This document shows, one piece after another, positions 7,094 through 17,380 of a stretch of DNA of 36,498 nt. A model generated the notes under the pieces. It saw only the letters and a list, made by a program, of their open reading frames with translations. It ran no database searches and was not told where the DNA came from. Positions within the stretch are counted from its first letter, which is position 1, and every line of letters starts with the position of its first letter. The position numbers were made by a program, and so were the translations under genes. Source of the stretch: an archaeon (GTDB lineage: Archaea; Iainarchaeota; Iainarchaeia; Iainarchaeales; Iainarchaeaceae); assembly GCA_024653905.1 (NCBI GenBank), contig JANLGZ010000036.1:1-36498 (forward strand), given 5' to 3'.

Positions 7094-8746
7094 TTAAGCT
7101 TCAGCTGACTGCTTCTTCTTAAGAACATGTTCCGCCAGTATTGAGAATGCTGGTCTTGTGATTAAAACACCGATAAGAACTCCGACAACAATGGTTATTG
7201 CAAAACCCCTTAATTTTCCAAGACCAAAACTGAAAATAATAATCGGAAGCATTGTAACTATTGTGGTTGATGCAGCAGCCATTATTATGAAAAATGCTTT
7301 TTTGGTTCTATTAACAAAGCTTCCGCCTGCAACCAATTCACCCCTCAAAAGTTCATCAGTAATTATAATCTGATGATCAACTCCAGTTCCAACCGCTGCA
7401 AGAATTCCTGCAACAGCTGCTAAATCAAGATTGTATCTTATAAGTGAAGCAAACCCAAGAATCAAAATTATTTCACTTGTGCCTGTAATAAGAATTGGAA
7501 TAACCAAACTGAAATTTCTATATCTAAAAAACACAACAAGTGCAACAATAATCAAACCAATAATACCAATCATTAAAGCACTGTTCAGGAATTCGTTTCC
7601 AAGCAAAGGAGAAATGGTTTCTTTAGAAATACTCTTAATTCCAATAGGCAAAGAACCTGTATCAAGCAGTACTTCCAAAGCTTTTAGTTCATTAGCTGCA
7701 TCTTCGCTTGAAATTGCTGAGCCTGTAATTAATAATTGTGAGAAAATTTTTGCATTTGCAATATTCTCAACTCTTGGTTCAAGATTAGCAATTCCTGGAG
7801 TTAAAGCAATAACCTGTCTAGCGCCTGTAACAGTCCAAATCCACGGAACTGTTTCCTGTTCACTTACCTCAATAATATCATAACCTAATCCAATTAATAT
7901 CTGTCTTTGCTCTGCAGAAACAGAATTATGGACAATAGCAACAGGATTTTCTTCCACTAAATTTTCAAGCTCTGTTAATTGAGCAGAGGTAAAGTTAGTA
8001 TCATTAACAATAAAGTGTTGTAAACCTGCATTAGTTAATAATTCTTCAATTGATGTTCCCTGAGGAATGTTTTCAAAACTATTCCCTGCAATTAATAAAG
8101 CAGTGTCATCTGAAAAAACTCTTTGTGGAATAATTATTACTGAATTTGCAGGTCTATCAATGAAAAAGTAAGTGCTTTCACAATCATAAGAGCCTCCTGT
8201 TTTAACATCAAAAGAAATCTGAGAACATTTATGGAAAGTTTTCCTTGAAAAGTTTTCAGCCGCTTTCTGATTCATTAAAAAAGGTAATTGCCAAGTAAAT
8301 GATTCTTCTCCTTGAGCATTCACCTGCCCAGAATTTACAATACCGTAACCATTAGAAGCGGATTTGTAAATCTGAATAATGTCACTACCCTCAAATAAAA
8401 TTTCTCCATTAATAGTCGATTCAAACTTCCCCTGAGTTCTTAATAATGATTCTAAATGCTCTATTTTTTCAGGATCAGTTTCTGCAATCTGAGCCGAAAC
8501 AAAATCCTCTCCAAGGGAATTAACTTTAGTGTCCTTTAAACCAAAAGCATCTAAACGCTCGCCTATAATTGCTACAATGGTTTCCATTTTATCAGGAGTA
8601 ACTTTTTCATCCAACTGAACTTGGAAAAGTGTTCCGCCTTTAAAATCAATTCCGAATTCAAGGCCGGTTAAACTGATTGAAAGCAATGAAATAAGCACTA
8701 AAGCAATTAGAAGCAATACTCTTGGTTTTGTAATTGCATCTCTCAT
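7094..8746 (-). CDS. secD: Protein translocase subunit SecD
   Basis: GIDFKGG, L.TGSLP, ISPLLG, GTGVD.QIIITDE, LRGFA motifs. Confidence 0.95.
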   Translation of the reverse strand: MRDAITKPRVLLLIALVLISLLSISLTGLEFGIDFKGGTLFQVQLDEKVTPDKMETIVAIIGERLDAFGLKDTKVNSLGEDFVSAQIAETDPEKIEHLESLLRTQGKFESTINGEILFEGSDIIQIYKSASNGYGIVNSGQVNAQGEESFTWQLPFLMNQKAAENFSRKTFHKCSQISFDVKTGGSYDCESTYFFIDRPANSVIIIPQRVFSDDTALLIAGNSFENIPQGTSIEELLTNAGLQHFIVNDTNFTSAQLTELENLVEENPVAIVHNSVSAEQRQILIGLGYDIIEVSEQETVPWIWTVTGARQVIALTPGIANLEPRVENIANAKIFSQLLITGSAISSEDAANELKALEVLLDTGSLPIGIKSISKETISPLLGNEFLNSALMIGIIGLIIVALVVFFRYRNFSLVIPILITGTSEIILILGFASLIRYNLDLAAVAGILAAVGTGVDHQIIITDELLRGELVAGGSFVNRTKKAFFIIMAAASTTIVTMLPIIIFSFGLGKLRGFAITIVVGVLIGVLITRPAFSILAEHVLKKKQSAEA

Positions 8747-9804
8747 TTTGAACCCTCTTTTTTCTCAACATACCAAAGAAGTATTGGAGCATTCATTAAC
8801 CATGTTGAAAGAATATCAGCAAACAAACCAAACAACAAAACAGCAGAGATTTCATAAATAACCTGAATCTGGCCGAAGTATGAAAGTACAATCATTGAGG
8901 TTAAAGCTGCTAGTGTTGTAAAAGTCATTGTTAAACCGGTTATCATTGATTCATGAGCTCTTTCTCTTGCAGAACCTTCTCTTCTTTTCAGTAACCTTGT
9001 TGTTAACATTAAGTCTGTGTCAACACTGTAACCAATCAGCATTAATAGCGCTGGAATTGTTGCAAGTGAAAGCGGAATTTCAAACAAAGCCATTAAAGCT
9101 AAGGCTCCTGCAACGTCAAACAAAACAGCAAATACAATTGCTGCTGATGGAACAACTTCTCTGAAGAAAATGAAAATCACGATTATTACTAAAAGTAAAC
9201 CAACTAATGCAACAGTTATACCTGTACTGAAAAAGTTTTCTCCGAGTGATGGGCCTATTTCTCTTTTTTGGAATTTTAAATCTCCTTTAAGATGATAAGT
9301 TTGTGAAATTGTATCCTGTAAATCCTTATTGAATGTTTCCTCTGCTTTTGTTAAAGCTTTATCAGCAACACTGATTGTTTGCTGTGCATTAAGAGCGGAA
9401 GTATTTTCAACTTCAGTAAATTTTTGTGAATAAACAATCGATTCTAATGCAAACTGCTTTGCACTTTCCGGATTTGATTCCAGAGAATCTTTAGCCTGAT
9501 TCAAAAGGTTTTGTGCCGCAACAATATCAGCATTTTCTGAAAATTGTAAAAATAACCCGAAACTATTAGGGCTTGAAACAGAACCAACCTGCAATTCATC
9601 AAGAGAATACTTTTCCTCCAAAATTGGGATTAAAAGATTAGGGTCAAGCTCAGAATCAGCCCTTACTATAATACTAGTGCCTCCTTTGAGGTCTATGCCC
9701 TGTGGTACGCCTGGAGTAATAAAAATTAAGAACAAAAATACAATGAAAAGTACTGCTGGAATCAGCAAATACCTTTTATAGTCTCCCAAATACAAATTGT
9801 TCAT
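8743..9804 (-). CDS. secF: Protein translocase subunit SecF
   Basis: GIDLKGG, IGPSLG, LMLIGYSVDTD, GLTMT.TT, TWLMNA motifs; ATGA overlap with secD. Confidence 0.95.
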   Translation of the reverse strand: MNNLYLGDYKRYLLIPAVLFIVFLFLIFITPGVPQGIDLKGGTSIIVRADSELDPNLLIPILEEKYSLDELQVGSVSSPNSFGLFLQFSENADIVAAQNLLNQAKDSLESNPESAKQFALESIVYSQKFTEVENTSALNAQQTISVADKALTKAEETFNKDLQDTISQTYHLKGDLKFQKREIGPSLGENFFSTGITVALVGLLLVIIVIFIFFREVVPSAAIVFAVLFDVAGALALMALFEIPLSLATIPALLMLIGYSVDTDLMLTTRLLKRREGSARERAHESMITGLTMTFTTLAALTSMIVLSYFGQIQVIYEISAVLLFGLFADILSTWLMNAPILLWYVEKKEGSK

Positions 9805-9835
9805 AATAAAAAACCATTAAACAGATGATTATAAG

Positions 9836-10891
9836 ATGAAAAAAGCCAGAAAACCTTTAAATAGCCATGGTTCAGAACTAAAAAATTACTTTCCGAGTTC
9901 TAAAGAAATAATGGAGCTTGCTTATGGTAAGCTTCGAAAAGTTGATGTGGGCAAAAAATACAGAGATCCTCTTTACAAAAGAAAAAAGCTGAACAGTGAA
10001 AAACTAAAAGCATTCGGGAATTTTTTACAAAAAAAGCTTTTTGAACTCGGGCAATTGTTTCCCAATATTGATGAAATGAATCCTTTCTTCAGAGATTTGC
10101 TTGGAGCCTTGGTTAATATTGATAAATTAAAAATGGCACTGGGAAAAATTAATGCTTCTTCTAAAGTACTGAAAAAAATCAGATTTGAATACGGTGAAAA
10201 AATTTATTCAAGCAAAACTCCGGATGCAGCTAATAAACATTTGAAATCATTTGAAGGAAGAGCAGGGTCTGTAATAAAAAAATTGAATTCAACACTTAAA
10301 ACCCTAAAAGAATATTCCAAATTATTGAAAGAAGTTCCAACAATCGATTTTAACCTTTTCACCATGGTTCTTGCTGGTTTTCCGAATGTTGGAAAAACAA
10401 CTCTTTTGAAAAGGCTGACAAAAGCTAAAGCAAAAATTTCTTCTTACCAATTCACAACAAAGCAAATTAATGTGGGTTATTTTGAATTAAAATACAGAAA
10501 AGTTCAGGTGCTTGATACTCCGGGATTACTGGATAGGTCTGAATTAAATGATATTGAAAAAAAAGCTTTAGCAGCAGTAAAGCATTTAGCATCAGTTATT
10601 GTTTTTGTAATAGATCCTACAATGAACTGCGGTTTTACACAAAAAGAACAGTTTGATTTACTAGCACATATGAAAAAAGAATTCAAAGGAACAACAATAA
10701 TTGGAGTTATTAACAAAGCAGATTTGGCAACTGAAGAAGAGCTTAATTCTGCTAAGGAAAAATTAAAAGATTTTGTTCTTGAAGGAGAAAAAGAAAACGG
10801 AAATAATTTACGAGAAGCCCTGATTAAAGAAATGGGACCAATGGTTTATCCTGCTACTGGAAAATATCTTACTCCGCCAAAAAAAAGCTAA
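9836..10891 (+). CDS. NOG1-family GTPase
   Basis: GFPNVGKT, YQFTTK, DTPG, NKAD motifs after an N-terminal helical domain; start codon uncertain. Confidence 0.9.
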   Translation: MKKARKPLNSHGSELKNYFPSSKEIMELAYGKLRKVDVGKKYRDPLYKRKKLNSEKLKAFGNFLQKKLFELGQLFPNIDEMNPFFRDLLGALVNIDKLKMALGKINASSKVLKKIRFEYGEKIYSSKTPDAANKHLKSFEGRAGSVIKKLNSTLKTLKEYSKLLKEVPTIDFNLFTMVLAGFPNVGKTTLLKRLTKAKAKISSYQFTTKQINVGYFELKYRKVQVLDTPGLLDRSELNDIEKKALAAVKHLASVIVFVIDPTMNCGFTQKEQFDLLAHMKKEFKGTTIIGVINKADLATEEELNSAKEKLKDFVLEGEKENGNNLREALIKEMGPMVYPATGKYLTPPKKS

Positions 10892-11024
10892 GAGTTGCTA
10901 CATAATTATTTCTTTCCCAAGTTTTATATAAAGAATTGATTACAATTTATTCAAGCGCTTTTAATTGGGCGTGGTTCAGGTGGTAAGATGGATGCTTACA
11001 AGCTAATTGTGAAAGGTGAGAACC

Positions 11025-11300
11025 TTGGATGACGAAATAAAACAGCAGGTAGAATATACTGTTGAATTAATGGAAGCTATTATAGAAGACAATTCTGTTC
11101 CAAGGAATATCAGAAAAACCATTGATGACGCAAGACAAAAAATAACCTCAAAGGAAGATACTTTGAGCGTGAATTTAAGCAATGCGATTTACTTAATGGG
11201 AGACATCAGCAATGACATAAACATGCCCTCGCATACTAGAACCGAAATCTGGACCATAATCTCTGAATTGGAAGCCATACGGGAAAAGTACAAGGGATAA
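11025..11300 (+). CDS. UPF0147 family protein
   Basis: D.SVPRNIR and D.NMP.HTRT.IW.IIS.LE motifs; TTG start after aggtga SD. Confidence 0.9.
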   Translation: MDDEIKQQVEYTVELMEAIIEDNSVPRNIRKTIDDARQKITSKEDTLSVNLSNAIYLMGDISNDINMPSHTRTEIWTIISELEAIREKYKG

Positions 11301-11301
11301 C

Positions 11302-12819
11302 GTGGAAACTCAAGTTGATGAAAAGAAAAAGAAAATAGTTGACTTTTGTAATGATAAACATCAGTTTATTGACAAGAAATCAGTTGATTTACTTGAAAAA
11401 GAAGAAAACTGGGAAGAAATTCTTAATGAAATCAAAGACCAAATGATTTCTGCTGAAAAAGTAAAAAGCATGATTGCTAACCGTGAATCAAAACTAAGCA
11501 ATGTTAAACGCGAAACAATAGTAAAAAAATCCGGTTTCAAAGCAATTGCAAAAGAAGTTGATCCTGATTTCAGAATAATGACCGAATATGAGGTTACTGG
11601 CCAGAGCAAAAGTGAAGGTAAAGTAAAAGATTTTCTGAATTATTTTTCTGATAAATATGCCTTCCTTAGTGGTTTGCTGAAAAAAAGAGTCGGCTTTAAC
11701 CCAAAACCTTTGAATAAATTAAAAACTGCGGCAAAGTATGAAGAAGTTGATCTTATTGGAATGGTTGTGAGAAAATGGGTAAGTAAAAAAGAAAATCTTA
11801 CTATTGAAATTGACAGCCCTGAAGGAAGGTGCATTGCAATTGTTTCTAAAGATGACGCTGAAATAAACAGAGAAGCAGGAAAAATTTTGATTGATGATGT
11901 TATTGGAATTAAGGGGAAAAAGTTTGCTGACGAGGTTGTTATTGTTCAGGGTTTTTTGTGGCCTGATTTAATGCAGAGAACTCCAAAAACTGCTGAACGA
12001 GATTTGAGCGTGATGCTGATTTCAGATATGCATATTGGAAGCAAACTTTTCATGGAAAAAGAATTCAACAAATTTTTATCATGGATTAATGGAAATGCTA
12101 ATACTGAAAAGGAACTTGAAAGAATTGGGAAAATAAAATATTTAGTTGTTGCAGGGGATAATGTTGATGGAGTTGGAGTTTATCCTTCGCAGTTTGATGA
12201 ACTTGCAATTAAAGATATTTATGGTCAGTACAATAAGTTTACTGAATTAATAAGGCAGATTCCTGAACACATTGAAATTTTTATCTGCCCAGGGCAACAT
12301 GATGCTGTGAGAAGAGCTGATCCACAACCGGCTATTCCAAGGGAATATGTGAAAGAATTATATGATTCTAAAAATGTTCATTTTGTCGGAAGCCCAAGCT
12401 GGGTCGAAATGGAAGGATTGAAAGCAATGATTTATCACGGGGCATCGCACCATGACATGTATTCTGCAATGAGTGGTTTGGATGCAAAAAAACCAGAAAT
12501 GGCAATGATAGAGCTTTTGAGGAGAAGGGATTTATCAACGGGTTTTGGGCAGATTCAGCCTTATGTTCCGGAAAAATTTGATTACATGCTAATACGCGAA
12601 GAACCTGATTTTTATTTTGCGGGAGATATGCACCACAAGGGTTATGCTCAATACAGGGGCTGTTTGAATGTTAATGCGGGCTGCTGGCAATTAAGAACTG
12701 ATTATCAGGTTAAAGAAGGTCATGTGCCAACTCCTGGAATTGCTATTGATATTAATCTAAAAACAAGAAAAATAACTGAAAATAATTTTTATGGTGGGGA
12801 AGATGGAAATATTAGCTGA
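11302..12819 (+). CDS. polB: DNA polymerase D small (proofreading) subunit DP1
   Basis: OB fold followed by SDMHIGS, AGD.VDGVGVYP.Q, PG.HDA, YHG and PTPG motifs. Confidence 0.95.
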   Translation: METQVDEKKKKIVDFCNDKHQFIDKKSVDLLEKEENWEEILNEIKDQMISAEKVKSMIANRESKLSNVKRETIVKKSGFKAIAKEVDPDFRIMTEYEVTGQSKSEGKVKDFLNYFSDKYAFLSGLLKKRVGFNPKPLNKLKTAAKYEEVDLIGMVVRKWVSKKENLTIEIDSPEGRCIAIVSKDDAEINREAGKILIDDVIGIKGKKFADEVVIVQGFLWPDLMQRTPKTAERDLSVMLISDMHIGSKLFMEKEFNKFLSWINGNANTEKELERIGKIKYLVVAGDNVDGVGVYPSQFDELAIKDIYGQYNKFTELIRQIPEHIEIFICPGQHDAVRRADPQPAIPREYVKELYDSKNVHFVGSPSWVEMEGLKAMIYHGASHHDMYSAMSGLDAKKPEMAMIELLRRRDLSTGFGQIQPYVPEKFDYMLIREEPDFYFAGDMHHKGYAQYRGCLNVNAGCWQLRTDYQVKEGHVPTPGIAIDINLKTRKITENNFYGGEDGNIS

Positions 12820-15800
12820 TCCTGCAACCAAAAAATATTTCAAACTGCTAAAAGAAAAAGCAGATGCGCAATATGAAATAGCTTCAAAAGCTAAAGCAAA
12901 AGGAAAAGATGTGAGTTTAGAAGTAGAGTGTCCACCAACATTGGATTTGGCTGATAGAACAGAACAAATTATTGGCCCAAAAGGGGTTGCTAAAAGATAT
13001 AGAGAACTTTATGATGAAAATAAGCGGGACAGGAATAAAACAATTTTTCAATTATTCAAAGAAATCATTCAAGGAGATTTGGGGAATATTCCTGATGATG
13101 AAAAAAGATTAGAACAAGCTGTAAAAACTGCGCTGGTTCTTGTAACAGAGGGGGTTGTTGTTGCTCCGTTAGATGGTGTGCCGAAAATAAAAATAAGCAA
13201 AAATAGTGATGGTTCAAAATATGTTGATATTTATTTTGCAGGCCCTATAAGAGCTGCGGGCGGAACAGCAACTGTGTTCCCTTTGATTTTGGGGGATTAT
13301 GCAAGGCAATTAATGAATCTTGATGTTTACAAACCAACCAATGATGAAATTGAAAGGTATGTTGAGGAAATTAATCTTTATGATGAAATAATTACAAGGC
13401 AATACAAACTGAAGGATGATGATGTTAGAAAAATCATCAGGGGCTGTACTGTTTGTGTGAATGGAGAACCAACGGAGGACCGAGAAGTAACTGCACATAA
13501 AGATTTGGAGAGAATTCCTACAAATAAAGTAAGGGGCGGAATGTGTCTTGTTATTTCTGAGGGGGTTGGTTTGAAGGCAATGAAAATAATGAGCCTTGCA
13601 AAATTATTAGGCCTTAATTGGAACTGGCTGGAAGACATAATAAAAATTGGCAAAGGCACAGGAAAAGACAAGGAAATAAAACCGAATTTTAATTACTTGG
13701 GAAGAATTGCAGCAGGAAGACCTATTTTTTCTTATCCCTCAAGGTACGGTGGTTTCAGGCTTAGGTATGGCAGGGCAAGAAACACATGCATAATGGCTAA
13801 GGGCACTCATCCTGCCACAATGCATGTGCTGGATGGGTTTATTGCGGTTGGAACCCAAACTAAAGTTGAGAGACCTGGTAAAAGTGCAGAAATGTTTCCA
13901 GTGGATACAATAGAGGGCCCGATAGTTCTTTTGAAAAGCGGAGAAGTGAGAAAATTTACTTCTTCAAAAGAAGCTGAAGAAATGAATCATCAGGTAAAAG
14001 AAATTCTTTTTATCGGAGATATTTTAATTGCTTTAGGAGATTTCAGAAAAACTGCACATCCTTTGATTCCTGTTGGTTATTGTGAGGAATGGTGGAAACT
14101 TGAACTTAAAAAATATGCTGAAGGAAACACTAATTTTGATATTGAAACAATGGTGAAAAATCCTGAACTTGTGGAACAAAACACAGCAATAGAACTCTCA
14201 CTTCAATTAGGTGTTCCTCTGCATCCAAAATACCTGCATTATTATACTGCATTAACCCCTGAGGAAACAGTTGTTCTTGTAGAAAAAGTCAGGAAAGCTG
14301 AAAAGAATTTTGCAGGAGATGAAATGGATGAATTGTTGTTTGAAAAAAACAGTGAAACAAAATTAATGCTTGAAAAAATCGGTCTGCCCCATAAAATTGA
14401 TGAGGATAAAATTGTTGTTGAAAAAGAATTTGCTTATTCTTTTTTCAAAACTTTTGGAGGCGCAAGCAGTGAAAAACCAGATTCTTCAAAAACAGTATGC
14501 AAAATACTTACAAGAATTTCAGGAATGAAAATACGAGACAAAGGCGGAAGCTTTATTGGAGTAAGAATGGGACGACCAGAAGCGGCTAGGCCTAGAAAAA
14601 TGATCGGAGACCCAATGACTTTGTTTCCAATAGGAACTTATGGAGGCGCCACAAGATCAATAAATAAAGCAATGGAAAATCCTGTTCTTGAAGGAGAAAT
14701 TGCATATTTTCTTAACCCCAAAACAAAAGAAATTGAAGAACAGCAATATTCTCTGGAAACTGGTGAAAGAAATGAATTTGTGCGAAAATGTTCAAAGTGC
14801 GGTTTATTTGGCCAAAATGAAACCTGTGAGAAGTGTTTTTCACAAACAACTGCTTTTGAAAAAAGAAAATTTAATTTGAACAAAATGATTATACAAGCCG
14901 CAAAAAACCTGAGAGTTACAATGCCTCCACTTGTGAAAGGAGTAAAAGGATTAATTAATGCAGATAAAATTCCAGAACCGCTTGAAAAAGGAATTCTTAG
15001 AGCAAGACATGATTTGCATATTTTTAGAGATGCAACAATTAGGTTTGAATTATTGAATGCACCAATAACTCATTTTAAACCTAAAGAAATTAATCTGAGT
15101 ATTGAAAAAGCAAAGGAACTTGGGTATGAATTAGATTTTGAAGGAAGAGAACTTGTAAGTGAGGATCAAATTTGTGAAATCTTTCCGCAGGATATGATTG
15201 TGAATGAGGACGCAGGAAACTTTTACATAAGAGTTTGCAGATTTATTGATGAGGAATTGGAAAGATTTTATGGAATGGAAAAACACTATAATTTCACTTC
15301 AAAAGAAGATCTTGTGGGAGAATTATTTTTGGGTTTGGCTCCACACACTTCAGCCGGGGTTGTGGGAAGAATTATTGGTTATACAAAAGCAAAACTGAAT
15401 TTTGCACATCCTTATTTTCACTTAGCCAAAAGAAGAAATGCTGACGGAGATCAGGATTCAATAATGCTTCTGATGGATGCTCTTTTGAATTTTTCAAAAA
15501 GTTATCTGCCATCATCAAGAGGAGGAAGAATGGATGCACCATTAGTTTTTACAATAGTTATTAATCCTTCAGAGATTGATGATGAGGTTTATGATGTTGA
15601 AACCTGCAGAGAATACCCTCTTGAACTTTATGAAAAAGCAGCTTTGATTTCAGATCCCGATCTTGATTCTATTCCTATAATTAAAAATAAAATAGGAAAA
15701 AATACACAATACTCAGGTTTTGGCTTTACTCATGATACTTCTATTTTTGATGAAGGGCCAAAAGAATCAACCTATGTAACCCTGAAATCAATGGAAGACA

Positions 15801-16189
15801 AAATGGAAGCACAGGCAAAAGTACAGAACAAAATAAGAGCACTTGATAAAAAAGATGCTTTAGAAAGAGTTCTTGCATCACACTTTCTGCCAGATATTAT
15901 TGGAAATACAAGATCATTTTCAAGACAGGAGTTTAGGTGCACTAAATGCAACACCAAATACAGAAGAGTTCCTCTTGTTGGAAAGTGCACATCTTGCGGA
16001 GAAGACAAATTAATACTTACAATTGCACAAGGTTCTGTTAGAAAATACTTAGATATTGCAAAGAAACTAATCAAAAATCACGGGCTGAGCAGTTACTTGA
16101 GCCAGAGGATTGAATTAATAGAAAAAGAAATAGATTCTGTTTTTACTAATGATAAAGTACAGCAAAAAAGTTTGTCGGAGTATATGTGA
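12803..16189 (+). CDS. polC: DNA polymerase D large subunit DP2, intein-free
   Basis: YFAGPIRAAGGT, GGFRLRYGR.R, RMGRPE, LAPHTSAG, RRN.DGD.D, GGRMDAP motifs and a C-terminal Zn finger. Confidence 0.98.
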   Translation: MEILADPATKKYFKLLKEKADAQYEIASKAKAKGKDVSLEVECPPTLDLADRTEQIIGPKGVAKRYRELYDENKRDRNKTIFQLFKEIIQGDLGNIPDDEKRLEQAVKTALVLVTEGVVVAPLDGVPKIKISKNSDGSKYVDIYFAGPIRAAGGTATVFPLILGDYARQLMNLDVYKPTNDEIERYVEEINLYDEIITRQYKLKDDDVRKIIRGCTVCVNGEPTEDREVTAHKDLERIPTNKVRGGMCLVISEGVGLKAMKIMSLAKLLGLNWNWLEDIIKIGKGTGKDKEIKPNFNYLGRIAAGRPIFSYPSRYGGFRLRYGRARNTCIMAKGTHPATMHVLDGFIAVGTQTKVERPGKSAEMFPVDTIEGPIVLLKSGEVRKFTSSKEAEEMNHQVKEILFIGDILIALGDFRKTAHPLIPVGYCEEWWKLELKKYAEGNTNFDIETMVKNPELVEQNTAIELSLQLGVPLHPKYLHYYTALTPEETVVLVEKVRKAEKNFAGDEMDELLFEKNSETKLMLEKIGLPHKIDEDKIVVEKEFAYSFFKTFGGASSEKPDSSKTVCKILTRISGMKIRDKGGSFIGVRMGRPEAARPRKMIGDPMTLFPIGTYGGATRSINKAMENPVLEGEIAYFLNPKTKEIEEQQYSLETGERNEFVRKCSKCGLFGQNETCEKCFSQTTAFEKRKFNLNKMIIQAAKNLRVTMPPLVKGVKGLINADKIPEPLEKGILRARHDLHIFRDATIRFELLNAPITHFKPKEINLSIEKAKELGYELDFEGRELVSEDQICEIFPQDMIVNEDAGNFYIRVCRFIDEELERFYGMEKHYNFTSKEDLVGELFLGLAPHTSAGVVGRIIGYTKAKLNFAHPYFHLAKRRNADGDQDSIMLLMDALLNFSKSYLPSSRGGRMDAPLVFTIVINPSEIDDEVYDVETCREYPLELYEKAALISDPDLDSIPIIKNKIGKNTQYSGFGFTHDTSIFDEGPKESTYVTLKSMEDKMEAQAKVQNKIRALDKKDALERVLASHFLPDIIGNTRSFSRQEFRCTKCNTKYRRVPLVGKCTSCGEDKLILTIAQGSVRKYLDIAKKLIKNHGLSSYLSQRIELIEKEIDSVFTNDKVQQKSLSEYM

Positions 16190-16248
16190 AGAAACATATT
16201 CAGCCGGTTTATCTTTGAGCATAAAAAAATCGTTTATGCGTTGAATCA

Positions 16249-17016
16249 TTACAGATACGCAACCCAAAGGATTACGAGTATTGCAATTATTGCAAGAATA
16301 AGAATCAGAACATCTGGATTTGAAAAGCTCAGAGAATAATCTGGTTTTCCATTGGTTTGATTGAATCCTTTTGATACTTTTGACACGAGTTCCACAGAAT
16401 ACTTAATCCATTCTGACGGATTAGACAGTTCCTCAAATGCCTCCGAGGTCAGTTCGGAAAATCCTTTATCCCTAAAAGGCACAGAACTTTTATTTACAAT
16501 GTTTCCTGTTGTTGCATTAATACGCAGATTTAATTCATGAGCTTCACTAACATTTGATTTTACTTCAATTTTTGCAATCCAAAAAGGAACATAAAACATT
16601 TCCAAACCTGAAATCATAACATTTTTTTTAGAAGTATTTTCCAAAGAAGCAGTTTTTATAAGAAGAATCTCTTTTGCTTCAGATTCATTCATTTTAGAAA
16701 CTAAAACCCTTGGATCATCCTCCTCGCTAACTTCATTACTTCTTGAAACATTCTCCAACAAAATAAGATCTGCAACAGCAGAATCAAATTCTTTGTTAAA
16801 AGCATTAAATGCTTTTGAACCGCTGAAAACATGATTTGTTTTCTTTTCCGTTTCCTCAACAACATCATAAGAATAGAAATAATACGGAACATAAATCAAA
16901 TTAGTTGAAGAAAACGTAAATCCGTTCCAGTGTTTTTCTTTAAGTAGGTTTGAAACCTTTTCCCCTGCTTCACTCAAATCAACTGAAACAGGGAATGCGG
17001 GTTTCTCTATAAACAT
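16249..17016 (-). CDS. Hypothetical protein with C-terminal TM anchor
   Basis: Two YVP(Y/F)-aromatic motifs, each followed later by an (F/I)NA motif; 4 bp downstream of sepF. Confidence 0.75.
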   Translation of the reverse strand: MFIEKPAFPVSVDLSEAGEKVSNLLKEKHWNGFTFSSTNLIYVPYYFYSYDVVEETEKKTNHVFSGSKAFNAFNKEFDSAVADLILLENVSRSNEVSEEDDPRVLVSKMNESEAKEILLIKTASLENTSKKNVMISGLEMFYVPFWIAKIEVKSNVSEAHELNLRINATTGNIVNKSSVPFRDKGFSELTSEAFEELSNPSEWIKYSVELVSKVSKGFNQTNGKPDYSLSFSNPDVLILILAIIAILVILWVAYL

Positions 17017-17020
17017 TGTT

Positions 17021-17380
17021 TCACTGGTTTTCTCGTCTTTTTATTATTTTAACTCTGCTTGGAGTAATTAAAATTCTGTCTGATGAAATTCTTGCCATAT
17101 CGCCATCTATTCCATCAATACCTTGCTTTATTCCTCCAACCAAATCCTTTAATTTTATTGCATTTCTTTTTGAAAGCGCCTCAATATTCAACAGAATAAT
17201 GTTGCCTTTCTTTGCTTCCGCAACAACCAAGTCTCTATCTTCCTCTGATTGTAAAACTATTGGTTTTACAAACGCATCTGCGTTTTCATAAGGATCTTCT
17301 TCTTCTGACTCAAGATTGTTAAGGAAATCCTCAATATTAATTCCCTCATCCTTGCCGACAAGCTTCTCCAAAAAAGCCAT
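17021..17380 (-). CDS. sepF: Cell division protein SepF
   Basis: GNIILLNI, L.......IDGDMARI...ILITP..V.I motifs; SD ggggtga. Confidence 0.9.
   Translation of the reverse strand: MAFLEKLVGKDEGINIEDFLNNLESEEEDPYENADAFVKPIVLQSEEDRDLVVAEAKKGNIILLNIEALSKRNAIKLKDLVGGIKQGIDGIDGDMARISSDRILITPSRVKIIKRRENQ

Noticed and set aside
10965-11030. tRNA-like text gggcgtggttcaggtggtaagatg...cttacaa...ggtgagaacc
   Set aside because: The D, anticodon and acceptor stems do not pair, there is no TTCG T-loop, and aggtga is explained as the SD of UPF0147.
11040-11055. 14/16 match to the putative guide flank at 30105-30120
   Set aside because: Short, with mismatches at guide positions 1 and 5 and no typical TAM; probably chance.
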